Shown: positions 58,404-64,000 of the stretch, one piece after another
How positions within the stretch are numbered: the stretch's first letter is position 1
How the letters are laid out: each line of letters begins with the position of its first letter
NCBI GenBank assembly: GCA_910584685.1
Contig: CAJUAO010000011.1
Location: 22,300 to 86,299 of the forward strand
From: an uncultured Lachnospiraceae bacterium
GTDB taxonomy: Bacteria; Bacillota; Clostridia; Lachnospirales; Lachnospiraceae
Length of the DNA stretch: 64,000 bases
Direction of reading: 5' to 3'
The notes under the pieces: generated by a model
What the model was told of the DNA's origin: nothing
Databases searched by the model: none
What the model saw: the letters and a program-made list of their open reading frames with translations, nothing else
Made by a program: the position numbers and the translations under genes

Positions 58404-60101
58404 TCAGACAGCATTTTTATCGGGGATAATATACTGGCTATGAAAATCATTATAAGAGCATGGCTTTCCGAAGTAATAGCCCTGACAGTAATCAGGAGAA
58501 AGAATCTTCATTCGTGCAAGCTCATTGTCATTTTCAATGCCTTCAACGCAAATTTTAAGCTGCAGATTATGTCCCATATCGCTTATAAGATTAAGAAGGT
58601 TATATTCGTATTCATTCTCCATTGCCTGTACGGTAAACGAGCGGTCAATCTTTAAAATATCAGGCTTTAAATCATATAAATAATGGAAGTTTGAATAGCC
58701 GGTGCCAAAATCATCAAGGGCAACCATAATGCCGTGGTCCTTAAGCTTTGTCCACATTTTTCGTATATGAGCATCAGATGCCATCTGACCGCTTTCAGTA
58801 AGCTCTATAATAACATCTGAAGGCTTGACATTATATTTGGAAACGGCATATATTATTTCATCTATTATATCGCTTTTTATTACCTGAATATATGAAACAT
58901 TTATGCTGATTTTAAAATCAGGGATATGCTCCTTTATTTTTTTGCAGGTTTTAAGAGCCTCATGCAAAATCCATTTTCCGGCAGGAAGTATAAGTCCTGT
59001 TTCCTCCAGAATAGGGATAAATTCTATAGGGGAAATAAGGCCAAATTCTTCGCACTTAAATCTCATCAGAGCCTCTGCGCCGTAAATGTCATTTGTGTGA
59101 AGCGTATACAAAGGCTGGAAATATACCTCGAAGCCTTCGAAATTATTGTCGACAGACTGCTTTAAAAGGCGTGTAAGATTTCTTTTTTTAAGGAAAATAT
59201 AGTAATCCTCATTTTCAAAGGTATAGCAATTATTTTTACCAAGCTTTTTTGCAGAGGATAAAGCAAATTCCGAAAGCTTAAGTATGTTGTTGTAGGTATG
59301 CTCCTCTACGGACTCAAACATAAGAAGTCCGGCGGAAATAGTAAATACCGCATTATAGCGGTTTTCCGACACAAATGCATCTATTGCATGGCGGATATTT
59401 TTATAAAGGGCAATGGCATCCTGTTCTTTGGTGCCGCTTAAATCAATAACAATAAACTCATCCGAGCCTGCGCGATAAAGGTACTGATGAGATAAAAGAC
59501 ATTTAGAAATGCACTCTGCAATTTTAAATAAAACAAAATCTCCGTATTCTACTCCAAGCTTTTCGTTTATCTCCTTAAAATCGTCAGGACCAAGTCTTAA
59601 AATAAAGCCGTCAGGATATGGACCTGTAAATGAATTTAATAAATCCTTAAGACCTGACAGGCTTAGGAGTCCGCTTATATTATCGGCCTTTTGATGCGCG
59701 CCTATTTCATTTACACAGCCCAGCATATAAAGAACCTTACCTGAAACCTTATCACGTATCACATTGCCCTGGCATTTTATCCACACAGGATGCCCGCTGC
59801 GGTCAACCCAGCGGTATTGGAGATTATGGGTTGACTTTACACCGGTAAGCACGTTATTTATATCTGCCTGAAGGGAAGGAAAATCCGGTGGATATACAAG
59901 GGATTCAAGATTTTTGATTACATTGTGGAAGTAATTAGTCTTAAGGGGAAATTTCTCTACAGCCGTAGGAGAAATATAATAAAAATCGTTTACAAGGTCA
60001 TATACATATAAATAATCATCCATACATGTATAAAGCAAATCTATAACATTACAAAGGTTTTCAACCTTTATATCACTTACAATATTGCCTGTTTTATTCA
60101 T
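58404..60101 (-). CDS. PAS / GGDEF (variant GSDEF) / EAL c-di-GMP turnover protein
   Basis: ATG at 60101 with AGGAGG RBS. RAGSDEF in the GGDEF position. EALMRF, DDFGTGYS and the QGYYFGKP-type EAL C-terminal pattern. Confidence 0.85.
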   Translation of the reverse strand: MNKTGNIVSDIKVENLCNVIDLLYTCMDDYLYVYDLVNDFYYISPTAVEKFPLKTNYFHNVIKNLESLVYPPDFPSLQADINNVLTGVKSTHNLQYRWVDRSGHPVWIKCQGNVIRDKVSGKVLYMLGCVNEIGAHQKADNISGLLSLSGLKDLLNSFTGPYPDGFILRLGPDDFKEINEKLGVEYGDFVLFKIAECISKCLLSHQYLYRAGSDEFIVIDLSGTKEQDAIALYKNIRHAIDAFVSENRYNAVFTISAGLLMFESVEEHTYNNILKLSEFALSSAKKLGKNNCYTFENEDYYIFLKKRNLTRLLKQSVDNNFEGFEVYFQPLYTLHTNDIYGAEALMRFKCEEFGLISPIEFIPILEETGLILPAGKWILHEALKTCKKIKEHIPDFKISINVSYIQVIKSDIIDEIIYAVSKYNVKPSDVIIELTESGQMASDAHIRKMWTKLKDHGIMVALDDFGTGYSNFHYLYDLKPDILKIDRSFTVQAMENEYEYNLLNLISDMGHNLQLKICVEGIENDNELARMKILSPDYCQGYYFGKPCSYNDFHSQYIIPDKNAV

Positions 60102-60405
60102 AAAATTAATAGCCTCCTTGCAGGAAATAGTTTTACATTTATCCATAATAGTTATAATTATAATATTAAAAGCAGAAAAACACAAGCATAATGATGTAAA
60201 AATGAAACAAGTTAAAATAAAATATAAATGTGATTATTATAAGGTGGTATGTGGTGTGAGGGGAGGTATATATTTACACATTAAAAATCTAGTAGAAATA
60301 TAAACTACGATAATATATAATATAAAAAAACCAAGAACTTAAGCTCTTTTGGCAGCAGCAGAAAAGTGTTGGAAAGTAATTTAATTATTTAAAGGAGAAT
60401 AAAAA

Positions 60406-62397
60406 ATGTACAAAGTAAAGGTATCATCTGAAAAGAAAGCAAAAATTGAAGAAGGAATGATAGGTCTGTTTTTTGAGGATATTAATTATGCGGCAGACGG
60501 AGGCCTGTATTGTGAAATGCTTGAAAATTACAATTTTGAGGCGTTAGAGGCAACAGGTGATTTTGATGATTATCATACGGCATATGACGGTCTGTATGGC
60601 TGGGAGCCATATCCCTATGATGGCGCGGGAGCAATGCTGGAAACATTTAATGAGGGAGGAGTCAGCAGGGAAAATCCCCATTATCTTGTATTTACGGCCT
60701 CAAGTGAGCAGCCGGGCTTTTCAAATAAGGCATATGACGGAATTTATCTGAATAAGGGAGAAAAATACAGAATTTCCCTTTATATGAGAAGACATGAGAA
60801 TTATGAGGGAGCAGTATACGCCGTTATAGACGCGTGGGGAGAGGCTGTTCAGAGCATAGAGCTTGCGCCTGCGGTGGAAGGCAGTGATAAAAATACTGAA
60901 TGGCAGAAGATAGACGTTGAATTTACGGCAGAGGAGGAGGTAAATGCCGGAACCTTCGCCATAACTTTAGAGTATGAGGGAAGAGCTGACTTTGATTTTA
61001 TATCCCTTAAGCCTGAAAATGCAGTGGAGGGAGTATTCAGAAGGGATTTGGCCGAAAAGCTTAGGGCGTTAAAGCCGGGCTTTTTAAGGTTTCCCGGCGG
61101 CTGTATAGTAGAAGGCAATACCCTGGACAACCGTTATCAATGGAAAAGGAGCATAGGAAGAAGAGAGGACAGAAAAAATAACTGGAATCGCTGGGCAGTT
61201 CATGGCAACAACAAGGAAAACAATTTTAAGGGCATATACAGTCACTATAACCAGACCTTGGGACTTGGATATTATGAATATTTTATCCTGTGCGAATATC
61301 TTAACTGCGAGCCACTTCCCGTAATGAATGTGGGACTTGCCTGCCAGTATCAGTCTACCCAGCTTGTAAATATTGAGGATGAAGCCTTTCAGGAATATAT
61401 TCAGGATGTTCTCGATTTAATAGAGTTTGCAAATGGAAATGAAAATTCAGTGTGGGGAAAGGTAAGATGCGAAATGGGGCATAGGGAGCCTTTTAACCTT
61501 AAAATGATAGGTATAGGAAACGAGCAGTGGGAGACGGATAAGGTGGACTTTTTCAAAAGATATGACATGTTTGAGGCGGCAATACATGAAAAATACCCGG
61601 ATATGCGTCTTATCGGCTCGGCAGGACCAAACGTGGAGGACAAGTATTACGACGCCGCATGGTCATTTTACAGGGAAAAGAAAAATGCCTTAGAAAAGCC
61701 TATAGAAAAATATGTGTATGCCATAGATGAGCATTATTACAGAAATCCTGACTGGATGCTTAAAAAGAGCCGTTTCTATGACAATTATCCAAGGGATATA
61801 AAGGTATTTGCAGGAGAATATGCAGCTCATGTAGTGCCGGGAGCCTTTAATAATCCGTCGTCAAACAATCTTTATGCGGGACTTTGTGAGGCGGCGTTTA
61901 TGACAGGAATTGAGAGAAATGCAGATGTGGTTGTACTTGCCTCATATGCGCCTCTTTTTGCAAGAATAGACTATACACAGTGGTCGCCGGACATGATTTG
62001 GTTTGACGGAAAATCCTCATATGCAACGCCAAGCTATTATGTGCAACAGCTTTATTCTGTTTATACAGGAAAATATACCCTTGACATTAATACAGGAGAT
62101 GAGCTTTCAGAAGGGCTGTACACATCAGCCTCATTTGACGGCGAGAAGCAAAAATTATATGTAAAGCTTGTAAATGTAACGGATAATGATATGGAAATTA
62201 ACATGGATTTAGGTGAAGCAGCTAAATTAATGGGGAAGGAGGCATTGACTAAGGCAGAGGAAATAGTCCTTACAGGAAATAAGGAGGATGTAAATTCCAT
62301 AAGTGAGCCGGAAAAAATAAAACCGGTTTGCAGCAATATTATAATTGATGAGAAATATATATTAAAGGGAAACAGCTTTGCAGTTTTAATATTTTAA
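60406..62397 (+). CDS. GH51-like alpha-L-arabinofuranosidase with N-terminal CBM-like domain
   Basis: LRFPGGCIVEG...W..IG and IGIGNEQW (acid/base Glu context) resemble GH51. C-terminal beta-sandwich. Confidence 0.7.
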   Translation: MYKVKVSSEKKAKIEEGMIGLFFEDINYAADGGLYCEMLENYNFEALEATGDFDDYHTAYDGLYGWEPYPYDGAGAMLETFNEGGVSRENPHYLVFTASSEQPGFSNKAYDGIYLNKGEKYRISLYMRRHENYEGAVYAVIDAWGEAVQSIELAPAVEGSDKNTEWQKIDVEFTAEEEVNAGTFAITLEYEGRADFDFISLKPENAVEGVFRRDLAEKLRALKPGFLRFPGGCIVEGNTLDNRYQWKRSIGRREDRKNNWNRWAVHGNNKENNFKGIYSHYNQTLGLGYYEYFILCEYLNCEPLPVMNVGLACQYQSTQLVNIEDEAFQEYIQDVLDLIEFANGNENSVWGKVRCEMGHREPFNLKMIGIGNEQWETDKVDFFKRYDMFEAAIHEKYPDMRLIGSAGPNVEDKYYDAAWSFYREKKNALEKPIEKYVYAIDEHYYRNPDWMLKKSRFYDNYPRDIKVFAGEYAAHVVPGAFNNPSSNNLYAGLCEAAFMTGIERNADVVVLASYAPLFARIDYTQWSPDMIWFDGKSSYATPSYYVQQLYSVYTGKYTLDINTGDELSEGLYTSASFDGEKQKLYVKLVNVTDNDMEINMDLGEAAKLMGKEALTKAEEIVLTGNKEDVNSISEPEKIKPVCSNIIIDEKYILKGNSFAVLIF

Positions 62398-62418
62398 AAT
62401 CAATTAAGGAGGAGGATA

Positions 62419-63801
62419 ATGCAGCAATATTTTGAGGATATTATAGCATCGCTCAATAATGTTCTGTGGGGAGCGCCTATGCTTGTGCTTTTATTTGGAA
62501 CACATCTTTTTATGACTGTAAAAACTGGGATAATACAGAGAAAAACCTTTATGGGCATAAAGCTTTCAGTTACAAGGGATAAGGACTCGGAGGGAGACAT
62601 AAGCCAGTTTGGGGCATTGGCTACGGCCCTTGCCTCAACCATAGGAACGGGAAATATAATCGGAGTAGGAACTGCCATAGCCTTAGGCGGTCCCGGAGCA
62701 GTGCTTTGGTGCTGGCTTACGGGGGTGTTTGGAATAGCGACAAAGTATGGGGAATCACTTATAGCTGTAAAATACAGAGTTAAGACAAGGGATGGACGAA
62801 TGATGGGAGGAGCCATGTATGCTCTTGAGAGAGGTCTTAACATGAAATGGCTTGGAATTATTTTTGCGATATTCACCCTTGCGGCGTCCTTTGGAATAGG
62901 CTCTATGGTCCAGACAAATGCAATAGCCGGAATATGGGAGGAAAACATGAGGGTGCCGGGCCCTGTAATAGGAATTATCTGCAGCAGCCTTGTGTTTTTA
63001 GTAGTCTTTGGAGGCGTAAAAAAAATAGCCGGTGTGTGTCAAAGGCTTGTGCCGGTTATGGCAGGCTTTTACGTGCTTGGCTGCATAATTATTCTTATAA
63101 TAAATTATGATTACATAATTCCTGCTATTGTGACAATCATAAGGCTGGCGTTTAAGCCGGGAGCCGCTGCCGGAGGGCTTGCAGGCTCAGGAATAATGCT
63201 TGCTGCCAGATACGGCATAGCCAGAGGACTGTTTTCAAATGAGTCAGGAATGGGCTCAGCGCCCATAGTAGCCGCCGCCGCGCAGACAAAAAATCCCGTA
63301 AGGCAGGCGCTTATATCTGCCACAGGAACATTTTGGGACACGGTAGTAGTATGCGCCATGACAGGTCTTGTATTAGTAAGCAGCATACTAAAAAATCCCG
63401 ACATTGACGTATCGGGAATAAAAGACGGAAGCGAGCTTACATCAATGGCGTTCGGTCAGATACCATACATAGGAAAATCAATCCTTGTAGTAGGCATAGT
63501 GGCGTTTGCCTTCTCCACAACCTTAGGCTGGGCATACTATGGTGAAAGCTGCGCCAAATATCTTGGAGGAATGAAAATTATTATCCCTTATCGCATCCTG
63601 TATGTAGCCTCCGTAGCCATAGCGCCCCTTATAACTTTGCAGATAGTGTGGAGTCTGGCTGACACTTTCAATGCCCTTATGGCAATACCAAACCTGATAG
63701 CCGTACTTTTATTGTCAAATGTTATAAAACATGAAACAGACATCTACATAAAAAACATAGGGCTGAAATCGCCTGATGAACCGCCAACAATTACTAAATA
63801 G
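62419..63801 (+). CDS. Alanine/glycine:cation symporter (AGCS family)
   Basis: ALASTIGTGNIIGVGTAIALGGPGAVLWCW signature; multi-TM protein. Confidence 0.9.
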   Translation: MQQYFEDIIASLNNVLWGAPMLVLLFGTHLFMTVKTGIIQRKTFMGIKLSVTRDKDSEGDISQFGALATALASTIGTGNIIGVGTAIALGGPGAVLWCWLTGVFGIATKYGESLIAVKYRVKTRDGRMMGGAMYALERGLNMKWLGIIFAIFTLAASFGIGSMVQTNAIAGIWEENMRVPGPVIGIICSSLVFLVVFGGVKKIAGVCQRLVPVMAGFYVLGCIIILIINYDYIIPAIVTIIRLAFKPGAAAGGLAGSGIMLAARYGIARGLFSNESGMGSAPIVAAAAQTKNPVRQALISATGTFWDTVVVCAMTGLVLVSSILKNPDIDVSGIKDGSELTSMAFGQIPYIGKSILVVGIVAFAFSTTLGWAYYGESCAKYLGGMKIIIPYRILYVASVAIAPLITLQIVWSLADTFNALMAIPNLIAVLLLSNVIKHETDIYIKNIGLKSPDEPPTITK

Positions 63802-63816
63802 CAGCATTTTAACAGA

Positions 63817-63856
63817 AGTTCAGCCCCGCCACAGGGTATCGGGGCTGAACTTTCAC
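63817..63856 (+). terminator. Rho-independent terminator
   Basis: AGTTCAGCCCCG (63817-63828) pairs with CGGGGCTGAACT (63840-63851), followed by a T-rich tract. Confidence 0.7.
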
Positions 63857-64000
63857 ACATTTTTCCACAAAATAATTCTGAAAAGTTGACAACAGATATA
63901 AATATTGCTAAAATATAAAGAAGTTGCGTGATGGTATAAGAATAAATACTATATACGCACAAATTAAAGAAGGAAAGGATATTGCAGCTATGAAGAGAAA

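Overview
Low-GC Firmicutes/Clostridia-type DNA. Positions 1 to about 27,640 are one arm of a prophage-like element whose left end lies outside the window. Positions 27,791-64,000 are ordinary chromosome: the conserved rimP-nusA-ylxR-ylxQ-infB-rbfA-nrnA-truB-ribF and rpsO-pnp clusters, plus chemotaxis, ABC transport, c-di-GMP, amino-acid and arabinan genes. The element is the interesting part. (i) A near-consensus sigmaA promoter carrying two LexA (Cheo) boxes drives a small TcdR/UviA/Xpf-like sigma factor and a DUF262 (GmrSD N-domain-like) protein. (ii) Divergently, a minus-strand operon opens with a 923-aa YonO-like single-subunit two-barrel RNA polymerase (RSPHLY...DVDGD) followed by an HU-like gene, the same order as SPbeta yonO-yonN. 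It then runs straight into a siphovirus-type tail module with an embedded holin/endolysin cassette. No capsid, portal or terminase gene is visible in these 27 kb, so a tail-only (F-type tailocin-like) particle is a candidate. (iii) The tape measure gene is split by a ~1.2-kb insert. Its 5' half is a clear group I intron core. Its 3' half carries an antisense, separately promoted double zinc-ribbon gene. (iv) Two paralogous lipoproteins follow the tail fibre gene. In the host part, several unusually long intergenic hairpins stand out: a ~320-bp near-perfect palindrome at 30,964-31,285, and a pnp leader whose 3' arm can alternatively pair with the pnp RBS. No rRNA, tRNA or CRISPR array was seen. 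All family assignments come from motif recognition by eye, not database searches.
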